DNA from: an uncultured Gammaproteobacteria bacterium | GTDB taxonomy: Bacteria > Patescibacteriota > Microgenomatia > Levybacterales > UBA12049 | DNA length: 50,948 bases | Assembly (NCBI GenBank): GCA_964491185.1 | Contig: CAZBFH010000003.1 | Span: forward strand, 1-50,948 | Direction of reading: 5' to 3' | Shown: positions 38,712 through 48,884 of the stretch, one piece after another | How positions within the stretch are numbered: position 1 is the stretch's first letter | Layout of the letters: each line of letters opens with the position of its first letter | Notes under the pieces: generated by a model | Databases searched by the model: none | The model's input: the letters and a program-made list of their open reading frames with translations, nothing else | What the model was told of the DNA's origin: nothing | Translations under genes and position numbers: made by a program

Positions 38712-39971
38712 ATGAAAGAAGTAAAAAATTTCTTGATAAATATTTTAGGAAGTAAATTATTAATAACAGGATTTTTAATATATTTTCTTTTCAATCTTTC
38801 AGCTCTAAAAACAAATTGGTTAGATTTTTTCTTCTTCGGAAGTTCAATTCACTACTGCTGTCAGGGAATTGACTTCTATGGAATACCAAATGGCGTATAT
38901 TCGTTTATAAATGGCGGCAGTTTAAGCGGAGCAAATTTGCCCCATGCTTTAAAACCTTACTCAGTAAATACCCTAAGTAACCCGAACGACTATCATCCGA
39001 TAACTGCATTAATTCTTGGGAGCTTAATAATCATCTTTGATTCAAACAAGTCGTTTTACTACTGGATGATTGCAAAAATATTAATCACCATCCCGATTAT
39101 TTATTATTTTTATAAAAACTTTTCCGATAATAAATTAATAAATCTCGCAATATTTATTTTCCTAGCAAATTTTTCTCAATACAATGAAATTCGAATTTCT
39201 CAATATCAATTTATCTTCAACACTTCTCTTCTCCTGCTTCTTATCTCTTTGGTAAAGAAAAAGGATAATTTAGAAAGAGGCATTTTATTTTTCTTAACAT
39301 TAATTGCCAAACCAATTAGCCTTTTATTTCTACCTGTTTTAGTGATCAAGAAGTATTATTTCCCAGCTGTAATAGGAATTAGTATTTTTTTGATTTCAAC
39401 AATAACATTCAACATCTTAAATATAGGAAATTATTTTACAGATAATCTTATTTATCATTTACTAAATCCTAAGGAAGGAAAATCGATCGACTACATGTCT
39501 CTAGATGCTTTTTTAAGATACACATTTAACATTTCTCCGGATTTCATAAAGTATTTTAAATATATTGTGTTAATTTCAATCTATCTACTGGCATTCAATA
39601 AGAAAACCCACATCTTAACCTTAATTTTTCTGTTAACTTCATATTTCTTATTTTTTTATGACCATCTTTTTCAATATCATTTTAGTGTCTTAGGCGCTAT
39701 CTTACCAATTTGTCTTTTAATACTCCCAAATTTCCAAACAAGATTTGCAAAAATTCTTATCCTAATAACTTGCCTTCCAACAACTTTCTTTATTCTAAGA
39801 ATCATAAATCTTGAATTCGTAATGGATCCTATATATGGACCAAACCCTACCATGAAAGGCTGGCAAATCGTATCCTTCTTTCAATTATTGCCACTCACAA
39901 TTCTTTCAGTAATAATATTTATTAAAGAGATTCCGGTTATAAATTTAAAAAAACTAACGAAGATTAAATAA
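38712..39971 (+). CDS. polytopic membrane protein, GT-C-like (family unassigned)
   Basis: 419 aa with about 10-12 TM helices. It abuts the upstream gene with no gap. Confidence 0.45.
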   Translation: MKEVKNFLINILGSKLLITGFLIYFLFNLSALKTNWLDFFFFGSSIHYCCQGIDFYGIPNGVYSFINGGSLSGANLPHALKPYSVNTLSNPNDYHPITALILGSLIIIFDSNKSFYYWMIAKILITIPIIYYFYKNFSDNKLINLAIFIFLANFSQYNEIRISQYQFIFNTSLLLLLISLVKKKDNLERGILFFLTLIAKPISLLFLPVLVIKKYYFPAVIGISIFLISTITFNILNIGNYFTDNLIYHLLNPKEGKSIDYMSLDAFLRYTFNISPDFIKYFKYIVLISIYLLAFNKKTHILTLIFLLTSYFLFFYDHLFQYHFSVLGAILPICLLILPNFQTRFAKILILITCLPTTFFILRIINLEFVMDPIYGPNPTMKGWQIVSFFQLLPLTILSVIIFIKEIPVINLKKLTKIK

Positions 39972-41347
39972 TGAAAATAATAAAAAAAGATACATTCCTA
40001 ATAATATCGATAATTCTGTTTTTATCCTTAACTCTTAAATTTATAACTACACTCCCCTATATGGATGGAAACATAGATTTCATACAAACTCTTGATTTCT
40101 ATAAAGGAGGATTAAGTCAGTATTTCTCAAACTGGAATACGGTTCATCCACCATTAAAACTTATACTAACCATGCCCCTATACCTATTCTTCGGCATATC
40201 ACCAATAAGCTACTCTGCATTAGGAATTATTTTTGGAATCATTGGAATAGTCTCTATTTATTTTTTAACGAAAGACTTGTTTGGGAAACTTTCAGGAAAT
40301 TTAGCCGCCATTTTTTTTTCAATCTATCCTCTTTTTATTTCGAACTCGATATTTTCGATGAGAGATGCAATCCTAACATCTCTAATTCTCGCTTCTCTTC
40401 TTTTCTACAGAAGAAAACAATTTTTGTTTTATGCGCTAGCGTCTTCAGTTGCAGTTATTACCAAAGAAACCGCTCTTCTATTACCATTAATCATCATATT
40501 TATTGAATTTATATATTTTATTAAATTAAGAAAAATTAATATTATGCATATACTAAACTATGCTGCACTATTAATTCCCTTAGGGGTTTACTACATTTGG
40601 AAACTTGTATTAAGCTCTTATGGAAAAAGCTCATGGGGAGAATGGATATTTACTGAAACAGAAAATAAAGGTGCAATTTTTACAATCATAAATAATCTCG
40701 TTACTTTTCAATTTATGAATCCATATTCCGAGTGGCATTGGAAACAGGCAATTTTTCTTAATTTTAACTGGCTATATATTTTAATTATTTCTTCAGCAAT
40801 TGTTCTTTATATATTTAATTTTAAAAAAATAAAATTTCATAAAAATTCAGATAACGTAAAAGTTTTATTAGCAATAATTTTATTTGTTTTAGCATACTTC
40901 TTAACGGTTCTTTCACTCCAAACCTATACTATCCCTAGATATGCACTCCCGCTAATTCCGTTTCTATTAATAGGATTATCAAAAAGCATCACTGCGCTAA
41001 AAAACGACTATGCCATAAAGACTACTATCGTATTTGTATTTGCGATCATGATGATTTCTCTTTTTTATTCTGTAGACCCGGTTGCAAAAAGAATATGGGG
41101 GAATATTAATATTTTTAACAATAATATTTATGCCTTAAACGATCATATGGCAGGAAACGATGGTATAACATATAATATACAATATCTTTTGATCGCAAAT
41201 GAAAGATCAAAAATGATAAAAGACGCAAAGGAAGATGCAATTGTCAGTGGATATTGCAGATGGATTTTTCCAGATCCAAATAATGAAGTAAAAATGTTAA
41301 AAGAACTTAAAAATAACCCAGCTATATATTGCATTCAAATTAGGTAA
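39971..41347 (+). CDS. GT-C fold glycosyltransferase, family 39/83-like (PMT_2 / ArnT-like)
   Basis: 458 aa. The first loop has YMDGNIDF, followed by a HPPL motif. About 11 TM helices precede a C-terminal soluble domain. It shares 1 nt with the upstream stop. Confidence 0.55.
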   Translation: MKIIKKDTFLIISIILFLSLTLKFITTLPYMDGNIDFIQTLDFYKGGLSQYFSNWNTVHPPLKLILTMPLYLFFGISPISYSALGIIFGIIGIVSIYFLTKDLFGKLSGNLAAIFFSIYPLFISNSIFSMRDAILTSLILASLLFYRRKQFLFYALASSVAVITKETALLLPLIIIFIEFIYFIKLRKINIMHILNYAALLIPLGVYYIWKLVLSSYGKSSWGEWIFTETENKGAIFTIINNLVTFQFMNPYSEWHWKQAIFLNFNWLYILIISSAIVLYIFNFKKIKFHKNSDNVKVLLAIILFVLAYFLTVLSLQTYTIPRYALPLIPFLLIGLSKSITALKNDYAIKTTIVFVFAIMMISLFYSVDPVAKRIWGNINIFNNNIYALNDHMAGNDGITYNIQYLLIANERSKMIKDAKEDAIVSGYCRWIFPDPNNEVKMLKELKNNPAIYCIQIR

Positions 41348-41349
41348 AG

Positions 41350-43479
41350 ATGCCATTACTCGATCTTTTATATATTTCTAAATGGTGGATAGTTTTCTTC
41401 TTTTTAGGAATTTCGTTCCTACCATTAACCTCAAGAATATTTAATTCTTTTATTGATAGGGGATATATTTTTTCAAAAGTTCTAGGAATCGTATTTGTTT
41501 CTTATTCAATTTATGTACTTGGCACATTTCATTTACTAAAATTTACAACTTTAAACATTTTTATCGTTTGGTTTCTATGTGTCTCTATTTCCTTATTTTT
41601 TGTTAGAAAAGAAAGTTTTAATTTTAAAAAAAACCTAAAGGTATTTTTATTTGAAGAAATAATTTTTCTAATTGCTCTAGTCATCTGGTCCTATGTAAGA
41701 GCTCATCAACCAGACATTCATGATCTTGAGAAATTCATGGACTATGGATTTATTAATTCTATTTTAAGATCTGAATATTTTCCACCTCGCGACATGTGGC
41801 TCACGCCATTATCAATAAATTATTATTATTTTGGTCATCTTTTTACAGCAGTTGTCACAAAAATATCCCACATTCCAGCATTTATTACCTTCAATTTAAT
41901 GATTGCCACGATTTTTGCATTCACCTTTAGTATTTCCTTTTCAATTGGAATTAATCTAATTCAACAAATAAAAAAATTTTCCCTTAAAAAAACATTTGTC
42001 TTAGGTTTTATTTTTGCGTATATTGTTTCCCTTTCTGGAAATCTACAAACAATTTATTCACTTTTTAAAAACTATAATGGTGAATCCCCTGTTCCATTCT
42101 GGAACCTAGCTCTTTCAATTTTTACATTTCCAAATGCATACTGGTATCCAAATGCTACAAGATTTATTTATCATACAATTCATGAATTCCCGTCCTACTC
42201 ATTCGTAGTTGCAGACTTACATGGACATGTTCTAGACATTCCAATCGTAATGACTCTAATCGCTTTTGCGTTAATTATGTTCTTAGAAAACAAAATAAAA
42301 ATTCCTTTAGTAATCTTAGTATCTTTCTTTATCTCAATTGCATATATGACAAATGCATGGGATGGGCTTATCTATATTGGTCTATTTATTAATATTCTTT
42401 TTATCCTAGAATTTATAAACACGAAAAATAAAAACTTTATAAAAAGATTTGCTAGTTCATTATTAAAATCTATTAAATGGATTCCGATAATTGGTGCCTT
42501 ATTTTTCATTTTTACTTTTGTTTTTAGCCGAAATTTTGCTCCTTTTGCTTCTGAAATTGGCTTAAACTGCGCGCCAAAACTCTTACTCAACATGAAAAGC
42601 TTTGGACCCTTCGTTTTTGAAACTGGTCAGTGTCAACATTCCCCATTCTGGCAATTAGGAATACTCTATGGATTCTTCGTTTTTATGATATTAGGTTTTT
42701 TTGTTTTTATACGAAATAAAAAAATATCCAGAGCGGATATTTTCGTTGGGGTTATTTCTATTTTTTCGATCCTTTTATTAATCGCTCCTGAGATAATCTA
42801 TCTAAAAGATATTTACACTGGGCATTTTAGAGCAAACACCATGTTTAAGCTCGCCTATCAGGCATTTATAATGCTTTCTTTTTCGAGTTTATATACTTTT
42901 TTTAGAGTTATTTTTTCTTTAAAATCTGATTTTAAATCTCGTTTATCAAAAATTTCAGCCGTAGTATTTCTAGTCATTGGATTAATATTAATCTTTATCA
43001 TCTCGATTTACCCTTACTTTGCTGTGCCCTCAGGATATGGAGATTTAAAAATATATAAAGGTCTTAATGGCATAAATTATCTCAAAACCATTAAACCATC
43101 CGATCATGATGCAATAATTTGGATCAACCAGAATATAAAGGGACAACCCGTAGTTCTTGAGGCACAAGGCGATTCATATACCGATTTTGCGAGAATTTCA
43201 GCAAACACAGGTTTACCTACAGTTCTTGGCTGGACTGTCCACGAATGGCTATGGAGAGGATCGTACGATGTTCCATCAGCAAGATTTTCCGATATTCAAA
43301 ATCTCTATGAATCACCTGATAAAAATTTAACAAAACAAATAATTAATAAATATAATATTTCCTATGTTTATATTGGGGAAATGGAAAAAGAAAAATATAA
43401 AATATCTGAGGAAAAATTTTCCTACTTAGGATTCATAATTTACGCCAGGGGAACAACAAGAATTTATAAAATTCGTTAG
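41350..43479 (+). CDS. DUF2298 / YYY-motif polytopic membrane protein (GT-C-like)
   Basis: 709 aa. It carries the INYYYFGHLF motif characteristic of the Chlor_Arch_YYY / DUF2298 family. Many TM helices precede a C-terminal soluble domain. Confidence 0.65.
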   Translation: MPLLDLLYISKWWIVFFFLGISFLPLTSRIFNSFIDRGYIFSKVLGIVFVSYSIYVLGTFHLLKFTTLNIFIVWFLCVSISLFFVRKESFNFKKNLKVFLFEEIIFLIALVIWSYVRAHQPDIHDLEKFMDYGFINSILRSEYFPPRDMWLTPLSINYYYFGHLFTAVVTKISHIPAFITFNLMIATIFAFTFSISFSIGINLIQQIKKFSLKKTFVLGFIFAYIVSLSGNLQTIYSLFKNYNGESPVPFWNLALSIFTFPNAYWYPNATRFIYHTIHEFPSYSFVVADLHGHVLDIPIVMTLIAFALIMFLENKIKIPLVILVSFFISIAYMTNAWDGLIYIGLFINILFILEFINTKNKNFIKRFASSLLKSIKWIPIIGALFFIFTFVFSRNFAPFASEIGLNCAPKLLLNMKSFGPFVFETGQCQHSPFWQLGILYGFFVFMILGFFVFIRNKKISRADIFVGVISIFSILLLIAPEIIYLKDIYTGHFRANTMFKLAYQAFIMLSFSSLYTFFRVIFSLKSDFKSRLSKISAVVFLVIGLILIFIISIYPYFAVPSGYGDLKIYKGLNGINYLKTIKPSDHDAIIWINQNIKGQPVVLEAQGDSYTDFARISANTGLPTVLGWTVHEWLWRGSYDVPSARFSDIQNLYESPDKNLTKQIINKYNISYVYIGEMEKEKYKISEEKFSYLGFIIYARGTTRIYKIR

Positions 43480-44564
43480 GGAATTTGAGAAACAATACAT
43501 TCTTCCTGAGTTAATCGACATCTTATAAATTCATGTATCTCTGAATAATCTCTTTCTCCAATTCTTGGAACCAAAGTCCATTCAAAATTGTATTTTTCAC
43601 TTATTGGTGGATGGGTTAAGAGACCACCCCTATCATTCTCCTGATCACCATAATCTATAACAACACTTTGTAGTTTTGCTTTCTGGAATTTCTGTGCAAG
43701 TTTTATAAAGTCATCTAATTCATTGTCTTTAATATCTGTATCAACACTTTGCCCAACTGCATTATATAAACCAACAATTTTCGTAGGATTAAAAATTATT
43801 TGAAGAGAAAATATTTTATCCATAAATGCTTTTATTACTTTTTCTTGCCTTTGTGATCTTGCAAAGTCAGTCCCCTCTGAGCCTTTTGCGTGGCGAGATC
43901 TAACAAATTTTAAAGCAGTTTCTCCATCCATGTGATTCATACCTTTATCGAAATGCAAATGCTCATATCTACATGGAAAAGCTTCGAGCTGAGAAGAAAC
44001 TGTTGCTAATTTATCCAAATCTTCTTCTTTGTTGTCACACGGATCATCCTCACGCCCTGTAATTGGGTACTCATAATCATCAAAAGTCTTATCAACATTA
44101 ATATCTAACCCTCCTACTAAATCCACTGCTTTTACAAATCCTGAGAAATCTATTACAACTCCATAATCTATATTTTGTCCAGTTATTTTACTTGCAACAG
44201 TTTTTGCTAAGACTAATCCTCCACCTTCTTTTTTTAATTCTCCTTTTGCATATGCGGTATTAATTTTTCCATCAACATCAAATGACCAAACGTCTCGCGG
44301 AAGAGAAACCAAAGTTACTTTTGATTCTTTAATATTTAAACTTGCAAAAATTAAAGTATCCGATAAATTAGGTCCTTCGTGTTTTCCTCCACCAATTCCA
44401 AGAAGTAAAATGTTAATTGTGTGCTGATCAGTTTTTTTAAGATCTATATTTTTATTAAAAATTACCTGGAAAAGAAGTGGAGATAAATTACCACCTTTAA
44501 TAATGACTTCAATACCAAGTACCACTATAAAGAAAAGAGAAATTAAGAGTTTTTTATACAGCAT
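43476..44564 (-). CDS. LytR-CpsA-Psr (LCP) family glycopolymer-to-peptidoglycan transferase
   Basis: 362 aa with an N-terminal TM helix. The block INILLLGIGGG....LSDTLIFASLN.....VTLVSLPRD is the LCP signature. Confidence 0.8.
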   Translation of the reverse strand: MLYKKLLISLFFIVVLGIEVIIKGGNLSPLLFQVIFNKNIDLKKTDQHTINILLLGIGGGKHEGPNLSDTLIFASLNIKESKVTLVSLPRDVWSFDVDGKINTAYAKGELKKEGGGLVLAKTVASKITGQNIDYGVVIDFSGFVKAVDLVGGLDINVDKTFDDYEYPITGREDDPCDNKEEDLDKLATVSSQLEAFPCRYEHLHFDKGMNHMDGETALKFVRSRHAKGSEGTDFARSQRQEKVIKAFMDKIFSLQIIFNPTKIVGLYNAVGQSVDTDIKDNELDDFIKLAQKFQKAKLQSVVIDYGDQENDRGGLLTHPPISEKYNFEWTLVPRIGERDYSEIHEFIRCRLTQEECIVSQIP

Positions 44565-45216
44565 TTTCTACAAGACTCATAAAAGATTTTGAGTCAAGAC
44601 TTTCTCCTCCAATTAGGGATCCGCTGATTGAAGGTAGAGCTAAGAAAGATTTAACATTTTCAAAATCTACACTTCCCCCATAAATAACATCCTCAAATCC
44701 TTTGTCTTTAATTTTTCTCCCCATTTCCTCAACTGATTCGGGGCTTGAAGCATTACCTGTACCAATTGCTTCTATTGGCTCGTAAGCAATAATTATATTT
44801 TTTGTTTTTAATTTAGAAAGATCATCAAGACTCGAAATACAAACAATGGGAATCAGACCCTCCGCTAAAGCCATTTCAGTTTTCTTTACAATCATTTCAG
44901 CATCCTCATGAAGCGCTTTTCTTCTTTCAGAATGCCCTATTAAAACATAGTCTGCAAATTCCTTAATTTGGGATGCAGAAATTTCTCCAGTATAAGCCCC
45001 AACGTCAAATGGTGATATATCTTGTGCTCCAATCTTAAAGGGCAAACTATTTACTCTCGCGTAACCCATCATGACGTCAAGAAGAGTAAACGGAGGAAGA
45101 ATCACAACCTCAATTCCTTTTGGAACTTCAACACTCGAAAAATCAACTAGCCAGTCTTTAGCTTCAATTTTAGTCTTATTTGACTTCCAGTTGGCAACAA
45201 GGAGTTTATTTTTCAT
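44554..45216 (-). CDS. tpiA: triosephosphate isomerase
   Basis: It has ANWKSN, IGHSERR and EPIEAIGTG motifs. I prefer the ATG at 45216 (MKNKLLVANWK), which gives the usual N-terminal spacing. The track start at 45240 would leave only 8 nt to the divergent helicase gene. Confidence 0.85.
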   Translation of the reverse strand: MKNKLLVANWKSNKTKIEAKDWLVDFSSVEVPKGIEVVILPPFTLLDVMMGYARVNSLPFKIGAQDISPFDVGAYTGEISASQIKEFADYVLIGHSERRKALHEDAEMIVKKTEMALAEGLIPIVCISSLDDLSKLKTKNIIIAYEPIEAIGTGNASSPESVEEMGRKIKDKGFEDVIYGGSVDFENVKSFLALPSISGSLIGGESLDSKSFMSLVENAV

Positions 45217-45248
45217 GTGATACAATGGGTTAGTTTTCATTATAAAGT

Positions 45249-47063
45249 ATGGACAATCTTATTCTCAAGGATCTAAATGAAGAGCAAAAAAAAGCTGTCT
45301 TAAATAGTGACGGGCCCATGATAATTCTTGCCGGAGCTGGAAGCGGAAAAACTAGAGTTTTGACCTACAAAGTAATTTATCTAATGAAAGAAAAGAGAAT
45401 TAGTCCTCAAAATATTCTCATGGTAACATTCACAAATAAAGCTGCTGCTGAAATGAAAGAAAGAATTCAAAAACTTTCCGATGATCCTGACAAGCCCCTA
45501 ATCGGGACATTCCACTCTCTTTGCGCAAGAATCTTAAGAGTTGAAGGTAAATATATCGGTTTTTCTGAAAAATTTACAATTTATGATTCTTCTGACAGTG
45601 TTGACGCCATCAAGGAAGCGATGAAGCGCGCAAATATTTCAACAAAAGACTTCAAACCATACTCGGTTCAATCAACTATTTCTCAGGCAAAAAATCAATT
45701 AATAAATCAGCTCGAATATTTAAATTTAGCTAGGGGATATTTTCAAGAAAATGTCGCAAAGATTTATCCTTTCTATCAAGTAATCCTTAAAGAGAATAAT
45801 GCTCTGGATTTTGATGATTTAATTTTAAAAACTATTGAACTCTTTGATAAAAATCCTGATGTTTTGAAAAAATATCAAGATAAATTCCAATATATTTTAG
45901 TCGATGAATACCAAGACACAAATCAGGCGCAGTACATGCTAACTAAAATGCTTTCTAAAAAATGGAAAAATATTTGCGTGGTTGGTGATTTCTCCCAAAG
46001 TATTTATAGTTTCAGAGGTGCAAATTTCCAAAACCTAATTACATTTAATAAAGATTTTAATAATGTAAAAACTTTTCATTTATCACAAAACTATAGATCT
46101 ACTCAAACAATTTTAGACAGTGCATATGCAGTTATTTCTAAAAACACATCTCACCCTGTTTTGAAACTTTGGACAGAAAACGACACTGGAGAAAAAATAA
46201 TTTTATATGAAGCATCTAATGAACATAATGAAGCAGAATATATTATTTCTCAAATTATAAATTTAGGAATTAATCCATCAGAGGTAGCAGTTCTATATAG
46301 GACTAATGCTCAGTCTCGCGTAGTTGAGGAAGTATTCTTACATCATGGTGTCCCATATTCATTAGTCGGAGGAACAAGATTCTATGAAAGAAAAGAAATA
46401 AAAGATATTTTGGCATATCTCCGAGTAATCGATAATGAAAAAGATAATGTATCTTTTAGGAGAATTGAAAAGCTTGGAAAAACCAGACTTAAAAAATTTA
46501 TGGAATTTACAGAAAATCTAGATAAAGAAAATATGCAAACGATTGAAATCATGGATAAAGTGCTTGAGGCAGTCGACTATCTTTCTCTTTATGATCCAAA
46601 AGACGAACAAGACATGGGTAGACTTGAAAACGTAAAAGAACTTCGCTCTGTTGCAATTGAATTTAAAGACCTCTCAACTTTTCTTGAAAATGTTTCACTT
46701 GTAGAACAAGAGCAGCTTGCGGAACTTGCTAAAAAAGATAAAAAAAGTGCTGTCACCCTTATGACCCTTCACTCAGCAAAAGGGCTAGAATTTCCACATG
46801 TTTTTATGATCGGAATGGAAGAAGGAATTTTTCCACACTCTCGCTCTCTTATGGAAAAAGATGAGCTCGAAGAAGAGAGGAGACTTTGTTATGTAGGAAT
46901 AACGCGCGCTAAGGAAAGACTTTTTATGACTTATTCCAAAAATCGCCTTATCTATGGGCAAAGGTCATCAAACACTTTATCACGCTTTATTTTAGACATT
47001 CCAAAAGATACAATTATCATGAACGCTTCTTTTTCCGAAGATGAAGTTCCAGATTACCTATGA
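45249..47063 (+). CDS. UvrD/PcrA/Rep-family superfamily 1 DNA helicase (short form)
   Basis: 604 aa. Motifs are Walker A AGAGSGKT, motif II DEYQDT, QNYRST and TLHSAKGLEF. Confidence 0.85.
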   Translation: MDNLILKDLNEEQKKAVLNSDGPMIILAGAGSGKTRVLTYKVIYLMKEKRISPQNILMVTFTNKAAAEMKERIQKLSDDPDKPLIGTFHSLCARILRVEGKYIGFSEKFTIYDSSDSVDAIKEAMKRANISTKDFKPYSVQSTISQAKNQLINQLEYLNLARGYFQENVAKIYPFYQVILKENNALDFDDLILKTIELFDKNPDVLKKYQDKFQYILVDEYQDTNQAQYMLTKMLSKKWKNICVVGDFSQSIYSFRGANFQNLITFNKDFNNVKTFHLSQNYRSTQTILDSAYAVISKNTSHPVLKLWTENDTGEKIILYEASNEHNEAEYIISQIINLGINPSEVAVLYRTNAQSRVVEEVFLHHGVPYSLVGGTRFYERKEIKDILAYLRVIDNEKDNVSFRRIEKLGKTRLKKFMEFTENLDKENMQTIEIMDKVLEAVDYLSLYDPKDEQDMGRLENVKELRSVAIEFKDLSTFLENVSLVEQEQLAELAKKDKKSAVTLMTLHSAKGLEFPHVFMIGMEEGIFPHSRSLMEKDELEEERRLCYVGITRAKERLFMTYSKNRLIYGQRSSNTLSRFILDIPKDTIIMNASFSEDEVPDYL

Positions 47064-48088
47064 CCTTCTCAAACATCGAGGAAAATTTATCTGAATCCTT
47101 TAACAATGACGCGCATCATCCGCTTCAATCTTTTGAGTGGGGTGAATTTAGAAAAAAAACTGGAGTAGGAATTATAAGACGCGGTGTAATTAGCGGAAAT
47201 AAAGTAACAAACCCATATCAAGTTTCTGTTCATAAAACCCCAAACTTTCCATATCTTATTGGTTATCTTCCAAAAGGAAAACTTCCATCTGAAGAAGAAA
47301 TACAAGAACTCCAAAAAACAGGAAACGAAAATAATTTAAGCTTTATTCAGCTAGAACCAAATATTTTAGCTGACCAAAAATCTGGAGTCAGTGAAAATCT
47401 CAAACTTTCTTTTCATCCACTTTTTACAAAATATTCTTTTATCTTAGATCTTACTCTCTCAGAAGAAGAACTTCTTAAGAACATGCATCAAAAAACTAGA
47501 TACAACATTAGACTTTCACAAAGACATGGAGTGAATGTAAAAATAGATAACAGTGAGAAAAGTTTCAAAGAATATTTAAGATTAACAAATGAAACCACAA
47601 AAAGACAAAGATTTTATGCACATGATGAAAAATATCATAAGTTAATGTGGGAAACTTTAGGGAATAAAGAAAATGCTTCATTTAACCCTAATAAACTACA
47701 AGCACATTTACTTCGCGCAGAATATAAAAATAAAACTTTAGTGACGTTTGTTTTATTTACTTTTAAAGATACACTTTACTATCCATATGGTGCATCGAGT
47801 GACGAGAATCGTGAAGTTATGGCATCTCCCCTAACTATGTGGGAAGCAGTTCGATTCGGCAAAAACTTAGGGCTTTCTAAATTTGACATGTGGGGAGCTG
47901 CAAATGTCCCAGATCCAGCGCCTACTAATCCGTATTATGGGTTTCACAGATTTAAAGAAGGATTCGGTGCAAAACTCACAGAATTTGTGGGAAGTTATGA
48001 CTTAGTAATTAATCCATTAAACTACAGACTTTTAACTGTAGCGGATAAAGTTCGATGGGCTTATCTAAAAACTAAAAAGCTTAGATAA
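47060..48088 (+). CDS. FemAB-family peptidyltransferase (peptidoglycan interpeptide bridge formation)
   Basis: 342 aa. The N-terminal PLQSFEWGEFRKKTG and the C-terminal FDMWGA......GFHRFKEGFG blocks are typical of FemX/FemAB-type transferases. It forms an ATGA overlap with the helicase stop. Confidence 0.75.
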   Translation: MTFSNIEENLSESFNNDAHHPLQSFEWGEFRKKTGVGIIRRGVISGNKVTNPYQVSVHKTPNFPYLIGYLPKGKLPSEEEIQELQKTGNENNLSFIQLEPNILADQKSGVSENLKLSFHPLFTKYSFILDLTLSEEELLKNMHQKTRYNIRLSQRHGVNVKIDNSEKSFKEYLRLTNETTKRQRFYAHDEKYHKLMWETLGNKENASFNPNKLQAHLLRAEYKNKTLVTFVLFTFKDTLYYPYGASSDENREVMASPLTMWEAVRFGKNLGLSKFDMWGAANVPDPAPTNPYYGFHRFKEGFGAKLTEFVGSYDLVINPLNYRLLTVADKVRWAYLKTKKLR

Positions 48089-48596
48089 TATAAAGCCTTA
48101 GCTCATTTTCTTTATCAACTTTTTTAATTGGTAGTTTCATTTCATATTTATAAGATACTATTCTCGTACCCTTTTTTAGTTCTTTTTTAAATTTTGGAAT
48201 AAGCCTATTTAATGTTTGCGGAACTAAATAAACATATAAAACAGTTGCGCTACTTAAATCCTCTTTGTAAAAATTTCCTCTAATAAGTTTTATTTTATTA
48301 GTTAAACCCAATCTAAGAATTGTAAATTTAGAAAGTGTAAATCTAAAAGGTTCTATCTCTATTCCCACTCCTTTTGCTCCAAACTCTTCTGCAGCTACAA
48401 TTAGAGCAGTCGCACCACCACTTCCTAATTCAAAAACAGTATCTTTTTTAGACACTTTAGATAATTTAAATGCGGCTCTTGCAGTTTTTTTGTGAGTCCT
48501 CCATCTTGGTGACCAGGGTGAATCTGGCGGCCAAATCCAAGAGAGAAGAATTAAAGAAAATATTATAACTAAAAGAAAAATTAAATTTATAATCAC
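48081..48596 (-). CDS. membrane-anchored class I SAM-dependent methyltransferase (seven-beta-strand, FAM173-like architecture)
   Basis: 171 aa. An N-terminal TM helix is followed by a SPWSP segment and the motif I region VFELGSGGATALIVAA..FGAKGVGIEIEP. Confidence 0.65.
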   Translation of the reverse strand: MIINLIFLLVIIFSLILLSWIWPPDSPWSPRWRTHKKTARAAFKLSKVSKKDTVFELGSGGATALIVAAEEFGAKGVGIEIEPFRFTLSKFTILRLGLTNKIKLIRGNFYKEDLSSATVLYVYLVPQTLNRLIPKFKKELKKGTRIVSYKYEMKLPIKKVDKENELRLYII

Positions 48597-48884
48597 TTAA
48601 ATTTTGAGGATTACTTTGGCTTTTATTTGCTCTATCTTAACGGATCCAAAACGACGACTGTCAAAACTGTCCGATTTATTATCTCCTACCAAAAAGTATT
48701 TTCCTTTTTCCATCTTATCAATTCTCTTTATATAAAATCTGTTGAATTTTTCAAAGACTACCACATCTCCTTTTTTGGGTTTTGCAAACACCAGGGGAAT
48801 TGAACTAACTAAAACACTATCTCCTTCTTTGTATGTGGGAGTCATGGAGTGTCCTGAGATTTTAAAACGAGAAAGGAGAAGCAT
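48597..48884 (-). CDS. sodX: minimal S26-family signal peptidase, likely nickel superoxide dismutase maturation protease
   Basis: 95 aa. It has the catalytic Ser motif SGHSM, the Lys motif YIKRI and the GDN...S.DSR box. It lies immediately downstream of sodN, sharing 1 nt with it. Confidence 0.7.
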   Translation of the reverse strand: MLLLSRFKISGHSMTPTYKEGDSVLVSSIPLVFAKPKKGDVVVFEKFNRFYIKRIDKMEKGKYFLVGDNKSDSFDSRRFGSVKIEQIKAKVILKI

